In this document: positions 20,162 to 30,028 of the stretch, one piece after another
Numbering within the stretch: position 1 is the stretch's first letter
Layout of the letters: each line of letters begins with the position of its first letter
DNA from: Vulcanimicrobiota bacterium
Lineage (GTDB): Bacteria; Vulcanimicrobiota; Vulcanimicrobiia; Vulcanimicrobiales; Vulcanimicrobiaceae
DNA length: 64,000 nt
Assembly: GCA_963786105.1 (NCBI GenBank)
Contig: CAWAXX010000018.1
Span: forward strand, 192,958-256,957
Direction of reading: 5' to 3'
The notes under the pieces: model-generated
Told to the model about the DNA's origin: nothing
The model's database searches: none
The model's input: the letters and a program-made list of their open reading frames with translations, nothing else
Made by a program: the position numbers and the translations under genes

Positions 20162-20233
20162 TGACTCGGGGGTGATTTGAACACCCGACCAAGGGCTTAT
20201 GAGTCCCCTGCTCTACCGCTGAGCTACCGAGCC
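20162..20233 (-). tRNA. tRNA with CAT anticodon, probably tRNA-Ile2 (lysidine)
   Basis: Cloverleaf with GGGGA-CTCATAA-GCCCT. Paired 1-72 and no initiator GGG/CCC next to the loop. Ile2 versus elongator Met is inferred. Confidence 0.85.
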
Positions 20234-20370
20234 GATACAGGCAGGTACCCGCTTCGCCACCGTACTCTAGCAAAACCCCCGACGCGGCGCAAGCAGCGCC
20301 GGCCGGCGCCCCCGCGGCTTGCGAAATGAGATGCCCCGCCGCAGCAATGCGGCGAGGCTTCCCGGACAAT

Positions 20371-20444
20371 CGCGGTCGGAGGGACTCGAACCCCCAACCT
20401 ACAAGTTCGTAGCCTGTTGCTCTATCCAATTGAGCTACGACCGC
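20371..20444 (-). tRNA. tRNA-Arg(ACG)
   Basis: ACAGG-CTACGAA-CTTGT anticodon arm; GCGGTCG acceptor. Confidence 0.96.
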
Positions 20445-20448
20445 GCAG

Positions 20449-20517
20449 TGTCATCTTGGCCGGCGCATCGCACAGTGTCATCCTGAGCGGAGCGCCGCAG
20501 GCGTGGAGTCGAAGGAC
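20449..20517 (+). repeat. REP-like GTCATCCTGAGC...AGTCGAAGGA element preceded by a degenerate half copy
   Basis: Full copy 20476-20517; degenerate TGTCATCTTGGCCGG at 20449. Confidence 0.85.
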
Positions 20518-20539
20518 CGAGCGCCATCGAGCGACACTT

Positions 20540-20629
20540 CGGAGAGAGAGGGATTCGAACCCTCGATACGACTTTACACCGTATAACGGTTTAGCAAACC
20601 GCCGCCTTCAGCCGCTCGGCCATCTCTCC
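20540..20629 (-). tRNA. tRNA-Ser(GCT)
   Basis: GGAGAGA acceptor, GCGGT-TTGCTAA-ACCGT anticodon arm, long variable arm. Confidence 0.96.
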
Positions 20630-20644
20630 GCTGGGACGCCGACG

Positions 20645-20653
20645 ACTATACCA
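20645..20653 (-). promoter_or_regulatory. Extended -10 promoter (TGGTATAGT) for the tRNA cluster
   Basis: TGn-TANNNT, 15 nt upstream of the tRNA-Ser 5' end. Confidence 0.55.
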
Positions 20654-20677
20654 CACCGCTGCCGTTCCCCCCTAGGA

Positions 20678-21229
20678 CTAGGGATTTGGAGGAGCGGTCG
20701 GCCCGGTGAGCGGCGGCTCCGGCACGAACTCTGCGCGCACGGTGGTTGCCGGCAGGCGCCTAGCCCGGGTGAAGAGCGCGTCGACGCCGAGCGCGCGACC
20801 CACCGGCAAGACAACGCAGATTAGCGAAAGCACCATCGTTGCGAAATCGAGACTCTGCAGCGTCGCCGACGAGAACATGTGGCCGCGAGCGGCGATGTAG
20901 TTGAGTGTCAGCACGACGCCGACCAGGCCGCCGAGGCGAGTAAGCGCTCCCAGCACCAGCGAAACGCCGACGAGCACTTCACCGAGCCGTACCAGTTCGG
21001 CGAACAGCGGAAGGTTGGGCTGCACGACGTTGGCGAGAAAAGTATGGTAGACGCCGGTCGTCGACTGCACGCCGCGCGTTACGAAATCGCTGACAAATCC
21101 GCCGGGCGGCATGAACTGCGCGCTCTGCGTAAACTTCGGGATGCCGTGGGAGAGCCACATCAACCCGGTCAGAATCCGGACGATTGCCAGCCAGCGGGCG
21201 TAGGTCGCGGAGGAGGGTAAGGACTTCAC
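20678..21229 (-). CDS. DoxX/DoxD-like membrane protein
   Basis: RI..G..WL..G..K and GE.LVG..L.LG.LTR...GR..G.D motifs. Confidence 0.85.
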   Translation of the reverse strand: MKSLPSSATYARWLAIVRILTGLMWLSHGIPKFTQSAQFMPPGGFVSDFVTRGVQSTTGVYHTFLANVVQPNLPLFAELVRLGEVLVGVSLVLGALTRLGGLVGVVLTLNYIAARGHMFSSATLQSLDFATMVLSLICVVLPVGRALGVDALFTRARRLPATTVRAEFVPEPPLTGPTAPPNP

Positions 21230-22362
21230 GCAATTACCGTTTTTCGCATCGTCCCCAAACGTGCAATCATCGACGCTGCTTCACCTGCTGCATCTGGACG
21301 CGCCAAGCGTTTGGCTGCTGTCAACATGCGCGCACGCCGTCCGGAGTCGCTCAAGATGGTATCCAGCGCGCCGGGAAGCTCGCGCACGCTCCGCACGCGG
21401 ACGGCGGCCCCGGCTTCGCTCAACACGCGCGCGTTGCGCTCTTCCTGCCCCGGAAGAGGCTTGCACAGCACCATCGGCACGGCGGCGACGAGGGCTTCGG
21501 CCGTACTAAGCCCGCCCGGCTTCGTCACGAACGCGTCGGCCGCGTGCATGTAGTCGTAAACGTTTTCGACGAATCTCAGCGCGCGAACTGGATAGCCGAT
21601 GGTTTCAGCCGCCGCGCGAACCCGCCGTTCGCTGCGCGCGTTGCGCCCGGTCACAACCACCGCCGCCATCGGAAGCGCCATCGTTTCGAGAGCCCGCATC
21701 ATACGTTCGAGCGGGCCGATCCCAAGACCGCCGCCCATCATCAGCACCACCCGCCGGTCGCGCGGAAGGTCCAGGCGTTCGCGCAGCATTTCCCGCGGCT
21801 CCAGCGACGGCGCGAACTCCGGGCGAACCGGAATTCCGCTGGCGGCGACGCATTGCGGTGAGATGCCCCGCGCGATCATGACGTCGCGCACGGCGTCGTT
21901 GGCAACCGCGTAGCCGTCGATATTCTCGTGGATCCAAAATGCGTGCACCGCAAAATCCGTCACGATGCCCACGACCGGCGGCGCATCATCGTAGATTCGC
22001 TTGTACTCGGCCATTGCACCGCAAGGGAACGCGTGCGTACAAACGACCACATCGGGCCGTTCGCGCTCGAGCAGCGGGCGCAAGTTCCCGGCGGTGAATT
22101 GGTGCGCCCACGTACGAAAGGGACCAACTTCGGTCGCGCGCTCGGCGCGATTGTAGATGTAGCGATACATCTGAGGGATCGTCTTGACCATCTGCAGGTA
22201 GCCGTCGGAAACGACGCGGGATACGACCAGCGCCGCATATTTGTACGAATCGACGACCTGCGTTTGCACGCTCGGATCGATTCCGCGCAAGCCCGAGCAC
22301 ACGGCATTTGCCGCTGACAGATGGCCGGTGCCGACGCTTGCGGACAGAAACAGAACGCGAAT
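21226..22362 (-). CDS. MGDG synthase / UgtP-like glycosyltransferase (GT28); probable ATT start
   Basis: In-frame RVLFLSASVGTGH lies upstream of the called GTG; TH.FP, TDF, GGGLG, TKPGGLS.AE and PGQEE.NA motifs. Confidence 0.88.
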   Translation of the reverse strand: MRVLFLSASVGTGHLSAANAVCSGLRGIDPSVQTQVVDSYKYAALVVSRVVSDGYLQMVKTIPQMYRYIYNRAERATEVGPFRTWAHQFTAGNLRPLLERERPDVVVCTHAFPCGAMAEYKRIYDDAPPVVGIVTDFAVHAFWIHENIDGYAVANDAVRDVMIARGISPQCVAASGIPVRPEFAPSLEPREMLRERLDLPRDRRVVLMMGGGLGIGPLERMMRALETMALPMAAVVVTGRNARSERRVRAAAETIGYPVRALRFVENVYDYMHAADAFVTKPGGLSTAEALVAAVPMVLCKPLPGQEERNARVLSEAGAAVRVRSVRELPGALDTILSDSGRRARMLTAAKRLARPDAAGEAASMIARLGTMRKTVIA

Positions 22363-22661
22363 TACGTTTTCCCGCCCCCTTCGTCGCCCGCTTCCTCGGC
22401 AAAAATGAGGTAGTTGTCGAGCACCTCCTGAGCGAGCTCGTCGTCTTCGACGAGGTTGCCTTCGAGATCCGTCACGATCACCTCGGCATCGTCCTCTCCG
22501 CCGGCATCGCGTTCGAGCACTGCGTAGCTCGCATCGCTTTCACTGTCCTCGAGAATGGCGCGTACTTCGAACTCCAGCGTCGATCCGTCTTCCATTTGCA
22601 ATTGCAACACCTCGCCGACTTCCAGAGGGCCGCTCGGGGACTGCCCGTTCGAAGATGTCAT
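22362..22661 (-). CDS. DUF1292-like acidic protein
   Basis: L..EDG....FEV.......YAVL pattern; usual neighbour of ruvX/mltG. Confidence 0.7.
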   Translation of the reverse strand: MTSSNGQSPSGPLEVGEVLQLQMEDGSTLEFEVRAILEDSESDASYAVLERDAGGEDDAEVIVTDLEGNLVEDDELAQEVLDNYLIFAEEAGDEGGGKT

Positions 22662-22690
22662 GGCTATGCTCCTTATCGATGCGTGGGAGG

Positions 22691-23689
22691 CTATGGCAAG
22701 CAGCGAGCGACGTTGGCTTGATGCTCGCCGAGGGTCTTGGCGAACACGTGGCGCCCATTCCCGCAGTAAACGTAATAGAGGAAGTCGGTTTTCGACGGAT
22801 GCAGGGCCGCCTCCATCGAGGGAAGCCCGGGATTGGCGATCGGGGTCGGCGGCAAGCCGGCGTGCGTATAGCTGTTATACGGCGAATCGATCTTCAAGTC
22901 CCCGAACGACAGCTCCCGTTTGTGCTTCGGCAGGGCGTACTCGATGGTTGCATCCACTTCCAACGGCATGCCTATCCGGAGCCGGTTATAAATGACGCCG
23001 GCGATGGTGGGGCGATCCGCGTCGACCTTGGCTTCGCGCTCTACCAGGGACGCAACCGCCAGCGCCTGTGGAACGCTTACGTGAAGTTGCCGGGCTTGCC
23101 GTGCGGCGTCGCGCGGCAGCGCTCGAAAGAACTCCGAGGTCATCATGCTTTCCACTTGCTGCGGTGACGCGCCGAGCGGAACGAGATAGGTACTCGGGAA
23201 GAGGAAACCCTCGAGATTCTTCGTGCGGGCGCCGTCCACGACGATCGAGTCTTGGCCGAACGCACGCGCAAATGCGCCGGCGTTTCCAATGCCGTTTTCT
23301 TCCAGGCGTTTGGCGATCTGCCGGTAGGTGAAGCCCTCGGGTATCGTGATCCACACCGCGACCTGCGCACCGCCGGTGACAAGTGCGCGCAGCACTTCGT
23401 CCTGCGATTGACGCGCCGGAAAGCGATACTCGCCAGCGCGGACGTCGGCTTCCTCACCCCGCATTCGCGCCAATAGGCGAAAGGCGAGTACGTTGTCGAT
23501 GACGCCGGCCGAGGCCAATTGACGCGCAACCTCCGCAAACGTCGTGCCTTGCGCGACGACGACGTGCGTTTCCGCTAGCGGCGCAGAACGATTGCGGTAG
23601 GCGGTGTTCCAAAACCAGAGCGCGGCGGCGATCGCCGCCAGCAGCGCCAACGCGATCGCGCCCCCGGCGATACGCGCGGCAAGTTTCAC
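22691..23689 (-). CDS. mltG: Endolytic transglycosylase MltG
   Basis: TIPEG, LEGFLFPSTY, ASLVERE and SPYNSY...GLPPTPIANPG motifs. Confidence 0.96.
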   Translation of the reverse strand: MKLAARIAGGAIALALLAAIAAALWFWNTAYRNRSAPLAETHVVVAQGTTFAEVARQLASAGVIDNVLAFRLLARMRGEEADVRAGEYRFPARQSQDEVLRALVTGGAQVAVWITIPEGFTYRQIAKRLEENGIGNAGAFARAFGQDSIVVDGARTKNLEGFLFPSTYLVPLGASPQQVESMMTSEFFRALPRDAARQARQLHVSVPQALAVASLVEREAKVDADRPTIAGVIYNRLRIGMPLEVDATIEYALPKHKRELSFGDLKIDSPYNSYTHAGLPPTPIANPGLPSMEAALHPSKTDFLYYVYCGNGRHVFAKTLGEHQANVARCLP

Positions 23690-24111
23690 GACGAGCGCTC
23701 GTTACGCCGCCGTCCTAAAAACGACTCGAGGATGAGGGCTGCGGCCAAACGATCGACGGCCCGTTTGCGTTTTTTGCGCGAGACGTCCGCGGCGATCATC
23801 GTCTTCGTCGCTTGCGCGGTCGTTAGACGCTCGTCAACGCGATGGATCGTCCCGTGGAATACCCGGCTGAGCCGCTCGACGAAGGCATCCATCTTGAGCG
23901 CCGCTATGCCGCGTTCGCCCGAAAGGGTCAACGGATCGCCGATCACCAGATCGCGAACCTGGTAGAACTCCACCAAAGCGACGATTCGCGCGAGGTCGGC
24001 ATCGAGGTTCGTTCGCTCGATGGTTTCAACGGGCATCGCGAAGGTTCGGCTCGGATCGGCGACGGCCACGCCGATGCGCTTCGCACCGACGTCCAGCGCC
24101 AAAACTGACAC
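23686..24111 (-). CDS. ruvX: YqgF/RuvX RNase H-fold nuclease
   Basis: LALDVGAKRIGVA, DERLTT and D..AA.LIL motifs. Confidence 0.96.
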   Translation of the reverse strand: MSVLALDVGAKRIGVAVADPSRTFAMPVETIERTNLDADLARIVALVEFYQVRDLVIGDPLTLSGERGIAALKMDAFVERLSRVFHGTIHRVDERLTTAQATKTMIAADVSRKKRKRAVDRLAAALILESFLGRRRNERSS

Positions 24112-24113
24112 TC

Positions 24114-24303
24114 AAGGAACCTCTGAAAAGATCGCTGCACGAATCGCAACGCGCATTTTTCGCGCAAGGTGAGGCGCAGCCGAGGGAGCATAGCAAGAAG
24201 CTCTGTGACCGAGGGTGGAACGCTGACTTGCGCGGAAAAAGCAGTTGCCCCAAGGGTTTTGTCGCAAAAACGATTCGTGCATGGACTTCTTCAGAGGCTC
24301 CTT
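24114..24303. mobile_element. ~190-bp palindromic MITE-like element
   Basis: Nested inverted repeats AAGGAACCTCTGAA/TTCAGAGGCTCCTT, TGCACGAATCG/CGATTCGTGCA and TTTTTCGCGCAAG/CTTGCGCGGAAAAA; non-coding. Confidence 0.65.
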
Positions 24304-25045
24304 AGCCTGGTACGAACTCCGATAGATGCGCTCCCGCTTTGGGGCGGCGTCCTAAGTGGTGCGCGAGCAGATCGTCGACGGCGCGCGCCACGCGCGGCGT
24401 CGCGCGTAAAGCCGGGGCGGGGGTCCCTTTGGGGGCGCACAGGGCGCGGAAATTCTCACGATCGCGCGCATCGAATTCGGGCAGGTCACGCCAGCGTTCG
24501 CGACAGGCTTCATCGATGAGGCCGCCGGCCTGCGCGTCCAGCCAGTTGACGTTCGGCGCCAGTGCCCGTCCGCAGCGCACGCACGCGTCCGGCGGGGGTG
24601 CCAGCCCGAGAACGTCCAGCAGGCGCAGTGAGAACCGCGGCACGAGCTCGCGCGGGTTTGGCGAGCGCTCGACCGCCGCAAGCATCGACGTCAAAAGCTC
24701 ATATACTTCCGGCAATGCCAGATCGGGCTCGCAGAATGCGTCGATCAACTCGGCAACCAACGACGCCACGGCGAAGCGTTCGGGCTCGACGAGTTTCGAC
24801 CACGGCGCGTGCAGGATATGCGCGGAGACGATCACGTCGAGCGACTTCCCGCGATGCATGCCGAACTCGCATTCGTTGCCGAACTCCATCCGGCCGGCCA
24901 AGTGGCTTTTTGGGCGGCGTACGCCCTTCGCAACCGCATCGAGCTTGCCGCGCTCGTCGGTAAAGAGCGTAAAGATGCGGTCGGCTTCACCCAGCTGCCG
25001 CCCGCGCAACACGACGCCGCGCGTCTTATACGCGCGGGCTTGCGT
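24302..25045 (-). CDS. recO: DNA repair protein RecO; probable ACG start
   Basis: GVVLR...GEADRI.TLFT..RGK..AVAKGVR and CVRCG motifs; AGGAGG sits 6 nt before ACG at 25045. Confidence 0.93.
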   Translation of the reverse strand, partial: TQARAYKTRGVVLRGRQLGEADRIFTLFTDERGKLDAVAKGVRRPKSHLAGRMEFGNECEFGMHRGKSLDVIVSAHILHAPWSKLVEPERFAVASLVAELIDAFCEPDLALPEVYELLTSMLAAVERSPNPRELVPRFSLRLLDVLGLAPPPDACVRCGRALAPNVNWLDAQAGGLIDEACRERWRDLPEFDARDRENFRALCAPKGTPAPALRATPRVARAVDDLLAHHLGRRPKAGAHLSEFVPG

Positions 25046-26360
25046 CCGGAGCCTCCTGCTGTTCCCAGTCCGGCGACGGCGTCCCGTTCGTATAGATTCG
25101 CACGGCAACGATTCGCCGGCCTCGGGTCCGTTCGACGCGCAAGCGCGTGTGCGCGTCCGCGTCGATCTCCTCACCTTCCGATGGTAGCCGCCCGAACAGG
25201 CCGACCGTGTACCCGCCGATTGTCTCGAAGTCCTCGGTTGGAATACGCGTTTCTAGGCGCGCGTTGACGTCTTCGATGTTCGTACCGGCGTCGACCACGG
25301 CTTCGCTTTCCGAAACGACGTGGATCGGCTCTTGCTCGTCCTCGTCGTGTTCGTCGCGGATCTCGCCGACGATCTCCTCCAGCAGGTCTTCCATGGTCAC
25401 GAGCCCTGCGGTGCCGCCATATTCGTCGACGACGATCGCCATCGAAAACTTGTCGCGCTGCATCTCGCGCAAGAGTTCGGCAATTTTCTTACTTTCGGGG
25501 ACGTGCACGGCCGGCCGCATGAGGGATCGCAACGGCGTGTGCGCGAGCGAGCCGTTGGCCAGCGCCACCAGCAGCTCGCGATCGTGAATGACGCCGACAA
25601 TGTCGTCCTTGGACTCTTGGTAGACGGGGAGCTTAGAGTAGCCCTCGGCAATCACGACGTCGAGCGCACGCCGCGGTGAGTCGTCGATCGAGACCGCGAC
25701 CATCCCCGGGCGTGGCTTCATCACCTCGCGCACGATGGTGTCGCCGAACTCCATGACCGAGTGGATGAGCTCTCGCTCCTCTTCCTCGATCACGCGTTGT
25801 TCGGCGCCAACGTTGACGACGGTCCGAATATCTTCCTCGGTGATATAGATCTGCTTGCCGTGTTTGATTCGGAACGGCCGCAAGATTAACTCGGTGAGGA
25901 ATTGAAAACACTGCGCGATGGGCGTCAACACGTAGGCGGAAACGCGCATCGGCGTAGCCAAGCGCAGCGCCCAGCGTTCGTTATCAGCAGTCGCCACCAT
26001 TTTGGGAATAATTTCCCCGAACAACAGCATCACGACGGTCATCGCGATCGTCGAAATGACGGCCGCTGCCGGCAAGCCGAGTTCGATGGCTACGTACGTT
26101 GCTAGCGAGTCGGACGCGAGCAACACGATCGTGTTTCCGACCAAGATCGAGGTGAGGTAGCGGTTCTTATCGTCGACGAGGGCGAGCACGCTCTGGGCAC
26201 CCTTAATTCGCCTCTCGGCCATCGTCCGAGCGCGGAGGCGGGAGACCGAGATGAGCGCGGCTTCCGACGCCGCAAAGAAGGCGGCCAGCAGAACCAGGAT
26301 GACTAGGACGACGAATTCGGTCCAGAAGGCGCCGGGGCTACTTCGATATGGGTCGCTCAA
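25026..26360 (-). CDS. Hemolysin/CorC-HlyC family (CNNM-CBS-CorC) protein
   Basis: FFAASEAA, FGEIIPK, CBS pair, VDEYGGTAGLVTMEDLLEEIVGEI. Confidence 0.95.
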   Translation of the reverse strand: MSDPYRSSPGAFWTEFVVLVILVLLAAFFAASEAALISVSRLRARTMAERRIKGAQSVLALVDDKNRYLTSILVGNTIVLLASDSLATYVAIELGLPAAAVISTIAMTVVMLLFGEIIPKMVATADNERWALRLATPMRVSAYVLTPIAQCFQFLTELILRPFRIKHGKQIYITEEDIRTVVNVGAEQRVIEEEERELIHSVMEFGDTIVREVMKPRPGMVAVSIDDSPRRALDVVIAEGYSKLPVYQESKDDIVGVIHDRELLVALANGSLAHTPLRSLMRPAVHVPESKKIAELLREMQRDKFSMAIVVDEYGGTAGLVTMEDLLEEIVGEIRDEHDEDEQEPIHVVSESEAVVDAGTNIEDVNARLETRIPTEDFETIGGYTVGLFGRLPSEGEEIDADAHTRLRVERTRGRRIVAVRIYTNGTPSPDWEQQEAPDASPRV

Positions 26361-26380
26361 GGGTTCCTCAAATCGGCGCC

Positions 26381-26389
26381 ATTATAACA
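26381..26389 (-). promoter_or_regulatory. Internal extended -10 promoter (TGTTATAAT) overlapping the dgkA stop
   Basis: Perfect TGnTATAAT 20 nt upstream of the hlyC TTG, with a GAGG RBS in between. Confidence 0.55.
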
Positions 26390-27146
26390 CAACGTGGGGG
26401 CGGACCAGCACGTAGATCGCCAAGGCGACGAGCGTGCCCAAAGCAGCCCCCCAAAGGACCTCAAAAGCGTTGTGGATGCGTGCCTCGACGCGGCTCTGAG
26501 CCACCAGAAAGGCCACGAAGTACGCGAGAATCGCCGCGAGGGGCTTCTGGTAGAAGAACGCCAGCATGGTCGCGGCGGCAAAGGCAATCGCCGCGTGTCC
26601 CGAGACCGCTCCCCCCTGGAGCGGAGATCCGCGCCCGACCCACGCCTTGGCGAAAACGGTCGCGATGGCGACCACCGCCAGCACGATCAACGCAAGGTTC
26701 GCGGGCACTTGCTGAACCGCCGAAAAGACCCGTTCGCCGCCGCTGAGGATGCCCTGATAAAAGATGAGGTAGCCCGCAATGGCGGCGCCGACCGCAGCGA
26801 CCAACACGGCGCCGGCGGCCGCATCCTTGGCCGTCTTCGCCAGCGGGTGATGCGCGACGGTGAGCAGGTCGACGATGGCTTCGACGGCCGTGTTGACCAA
26901 CTCTAAGCTCAAGACCAAACTGACGAGGACGACCGTCGCAATGACGTAGGAGCGTTCGAGTCGCAGGACGAGCGTTGCCGACAACACCAGCACCGCGATG
27001 ACCAAGTGCACGCGCATATTCGGCTGAGTGCGCGTCGCGTACATGATGCCTTCGAAGGCGTGGTGAAATGAGCGCCACAATTTGCTCTCGGCGATTGGAA
27101 CGTAATGTGGTTCTTGCTTGGAGCGTTCGTCCGCCGGATACGGCAT
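26382..27146 (-). CDS. dgkA: Diacylglycerol/undecaprenol kinase fused to a PAP2-like domain
   Basis: SF.HA.EG, ELVNTAVE..VD and AKDAAAGAV; C-terminal SGH and SRV...IH...EV..G. Confidence 0.9.
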   Translation of the reverse strand: MPYPADERSKQEPHYVPIAESKLWRSFHHAFEGIMYATRTQPNMRVHLVIAVLVLSATLVLRLERSYVIATVVLVSLVLSLELVNTAVEAIVDLLTVAHHPLAKTAKDAAAGAVLVAAVGAAIAGYLIFYQGILSGGERVFSAVQQVPANLALIVLAVVAIATVFAKAWVGRGSPLQGGAVSGHAAIAFAAATMLAFFYQKPLAAILAYFVAFLVAQSRVEARIHNAFEVLWGAALGTLVALAIYVLVRPHVVL

Positions 27147-27156
27147 TATCGCCCCC

Positions 27157-27624
27157 TCACGCGCGTACCGCCTCGTACGGCCAGCCGAGTTCGATCGCGT
27201 CGGCGAGACGGCGTTCCTCGCGTTCCATCGCGCGGCGCTCGCCGGCCCGCTCGTGATCGTGCCCGAGGACGTGCAAGAGGCCGTGAATCAACAATCGATA
27301 GAGTTCGTTCTGCAGCGAGGCGTCGTAATCGGAAGCCTGCCGGCGCGCGGTGTCGACGGAAATGACGACGTCACCAAGCATCCGCTCGGGTACGGTTGGG
27401 GAAGTGCCGCTCGCGTCTCCATCGATCGAAAAGCTCAAGACATCGGTGGCGACATCTTTCCCGCGGTGCTCGCGATTGAGTTCGCGGATGGCGGCGTCGC
27501 TCACGAGACTGACGGACAACGACGCGCCGCTTTGGCCGACGGCGGTGAGAAGTTTTTTCGCAGCCGCGATCAGCGCGCGCGCGTTCACGCCGCTTCCGCG
27601 CACGTCGTTGCGATAGTAGATCAT
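27157..27624 (-). CDS. ybeY: rRNA maturation RNase YbeY
   Basis: TDVLSF, LGDVVIS and HGLLHVLGHDH motifs. Confidence 0.97.
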   Translation of the reverse strand: MIYYRNDVRGSGVNARALIAAAKKLLTAVGQSGASLSVSLVSDAAIRELNREHRGKDVATDVLSFSIDGDASGTSPTVPERMLGDVVISVDTARRQASDYDASLQNELYRLLIHGLLHVLGHDHERAGERRAMEREERRLADAIELGWPYEAVRA

Positions 27625-28589
27625 TCCGGTGCCGCTGCCGGCCGGCGCGGCCGAGCGTAGGCGCGGATGATTCGCGCGACCAGCGGATGACGCACGACGT
27701 CGTTTTCGTCCAGCTCGACCACGCCGACGCCGTCCACGCCCGCCAACCGATCGGCCGCATCGCGCAGCCCGCTGCGATTGCCTATCGGCAAGTCCACTTG
27801 CGTCACGTCGCCCGTAACGACCATCTTCGACGCGGCTCCCAGTCGCGTGAGAAACATCTTGAGCTGGTCGCTGGTCGCGTTCTGCGCTTCGTCGAGGATG
27901 ACGAATGCGTCCGACAGCGTTCGCCCGCGCATGTACGCAAGCGGCGCGACTTCGAGCGTTCCCCGATCGATGTACCGGTTTGTAACCCCTTCGTCGAGGA
28001 GTTCGTTGAGGGCGTCGAAGAGTGGTCGCATATACGGATCGACCTTCTCGCGCAAGTCGCCCGGCAGAAAGCCGAGATTCTCCCCCGCTTCCACCGCGGG
28101 ACGCGAGAGGATCACGCGAGAAACTTCGCGATTCTTTAGCGCCCGCACCGCCATCACGATAGCAAGGTACGTTTTTCCGGTCCCGGCGGGTCCGATCCCG
28201 ATGGTGAGCGTGTGCCCCTCGATGGATTGAACGAAGCCGCGCTGTCCGGCGGTTCGCGGGCGCACCTCGGCCCCGCGTTGCGTTCGCAGCAATGTCTTAG
28301 GCAACGCCACCGCGCGGTCGTCTTCGCGTACGTCGGCCAAGACCAGGGCGACGTCGTCCGGCGTAATGTGGGCCCCGCTAACGGCGGCATCCAGAACCCG
28401 CCGGACCACGTGTTCGGCTCGCTCGACGTCGGCCGGAGCTCCGGCCAACAGCAGGCGATCGTTGTCGGCATGCACCGAAACGCCGAGCGTTGACTCGATG
28501 GCCGACAGGTTTCGGTCATATTCACCGAACAGGCGCACCCGATCCGACAACTCATGGAGGTCGATTGCTCGTTCGAGGAGTCTGCTCAA
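27621..28589 (-). CDS. phoH: PhoH-like ATPase
   Basis: GPAGTGKT, RPAVEAGE.LGFLPG, DEAQN and VRHPLV motifs. Confidence 0.96.
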   Translation of the reverse strand: MSRLLERAIDLHELSDRVRLFGEYDRNLSAIESTLGVSVHADNDRLLLAGAPADVERAEHVVRRVLDAAVSGAHITPDDVALVLADVREDDRAVALPKTLLRTQRGAEVRPRTAGQRGFVQSIEGHTLTIGIGPAGTGKTYLAIVMAVRALKNREVSRVILSRPAVEAGENLGFLPGDLREKVDPYMRPLFDALNELLDEGVTNRYIDRGTLEVAPLAYMRGRTLSDAFVILDEAQNATSDQLKMFLTRLGAASKMVVTGDVTQVDLPIGNRSGLRDAADRLAGVDGVGVVELDENDVVRHPLVARIIRAYARPRRPAAAPE

Positions 28590-28990
28590 CGCCTCGTTAT
28601 TTCGTCACGCAGCGCGAGAGGCTTTCCCAGAACTTCGGCGGCGATCACTGCGCGAACGAGCGCGCGGCGGTCCCCAAACAGGTTGCCGAGCCGGCGAGGC
28701 CGTGCTTGCGGGCGTTCGTGCGCGAGAAGAGTGTCGGCGGGGCCGACCGGGAGCGTAGGCGGCGGTGCTTGCCGGCGCCCAGGCGCCGGCCGTGGCGGGG
28801 AAGACGGTCTCGCCACCGGCGGTGGCGGCGCCATGGCCTGCTGGGGCGGGGGGGCCGGCGGCCGCTGCGCTGCCGACCGGCGCGAGGCCACGTTCGAAGC
28901 GGCCATTTGCTTGCGCGCGTTCGAAACGATACTCGAAATCACGCCGACGACCACGACGAGCACCCAGACGATCGCGCCGATGTCGCGCAC
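28586..28990 (-). CDS. Membrane-anchored Pro-rich protein (YqfB-like position)
   Basis: N-terminal TM; C-terminal AVIAAEVLGKP.ALR motif typical of genes downstream of floA. Confidence 0.7.
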   Translation of the reverse strand: MRDIGAIVWVLVVVVGVISSIVSNARKQMAASNVASRRSAAQRPPAPPPQQAMAPPPPVARPSSPPRPAPGRRQAPPPTLPVGPADTLLAHERPQARPRRLGNLFGDRRALVRAVIAAEVLGKPLALRDEITRR

Positions 28991-29004
28991 GCGCTATGCG
29001 CTCC

Positions 29005-30018
29005 CTATTTCACTGGATTGGGCGGAGGCGACGGAGGCTGCGATTGATCGCCGCCGCCTTCGACGGTGCCGCCGATCGACGAGCGCATGTCGGTATCTGC
29101 TTGGATGTTCTTGAGGCGATAGTAGTCCATAACGCCCAAATGCCCGCTACGAAACGCTTCGGCAATCGCTTGGGGAATCGAGGCCTCAGCTTCGACGACT
29201 CTTGCGCGCATCGCTTGCGTCTCGGCTTTTTGCTCCTGTTCGGCCGCCAGAGCCGCGTATTGGCGTTCCGCCGCTTTCGCTTGGGCGATCCGGCGGTCGG
29301 CCTCGGCTTGGCTGGTCTGCAGCTCGGCGCCGATATTCTTACCGACGTCGACGTCGGCGATGTCGATCGAAACGATCTCGAATGCGGTGCCGGCATCCAG
29401 TCCCTTCGCCAGCACGGCTTTGCTGATGCGATCCGGGTACTCCAAGACTTCCTTGTGGTCGACCGCGGCGCCCACCGCCGAGACGACGCCTTCGCCGACG
29501 CGCGCGACGATGGTGGGCTCGCCGGCGCCGCCGACGTAGCGGTCGAGATCGCTGCGGACCGTGATCCGCGCTTTGACGTTGAGCTGAATGCCGTTCTGCG
29601 CGACGCCTTGGAAGATCGGCGTCTCGATCACCTTCGGATTCACCGAGGTTTGCAGCGCTTCGAGCACGTTGCGCCCGGCGAGATCGATGGCCGCGGCGCG
29701 TTGCCACGCGAGTGGAATCTGCGCCCGCTGCGCGGCGATCATCGCCAGCGTTACGTTCTCGACGTTGCCACCGGCCAAGTAGTGCGACTGCATTTGATCG
29801 ACGGTGAGGTCCAGGCCGGCTTTACGCGCGCGCACGTAATTGGTCACGATCACGCTGGGTGGGATCCCGATGAGCCGCATACGGACCAGTGCGATAATGC
29901 CGAGCGGCACGCCCGCCGCAATCGTGCGGATCCACAATCCGATCGGAAAGTAGTACAAGAACATGAAAAAGAGGATGACCGCGACGACAATGATGATCGC
30001 CGCACTGATTGCAATCAC
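29005..30018 (-). CDS. floA: Flotillin-like protein FloA (YqfA)
   Basis: [23 protein letters not shown] and MDYY...NIQADT.MR motifs; GTG start after GAGGAG. Confidence 0.95.
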   Translation of the reverse strand: MIAISAAIIIVVAVILFFMFLYYFPIGLWIRTIAAGVPLGIIALVRMRLIGIPPSVIVTNYVRARKAGLDLTVDQMQSHYLAGGNVENVTLAMIAAQRAQIPLAWQRAAAIDLAGRNVLEALQTSVNPKVIETPIFQGVAQNGIQLNVKARITVRSDLDRYVGGAGEPTIVARVGEGVVSAVGAAVDHKEVLEYPDRISKAVLAKGLDAGTAFEIVSIDIADVDVGKNIGAELQTSQAEADRRIAQAKAAERQYAALAAEQEQKAETQAMRARVVEAEASIPQAIAEAFRSGHLGVMDYYRLKNIQADTDMRSSIGGTVEGGGDQSQPPSPPPNPVK

Positions 30019-30028
30019 GGAAGGCTCC

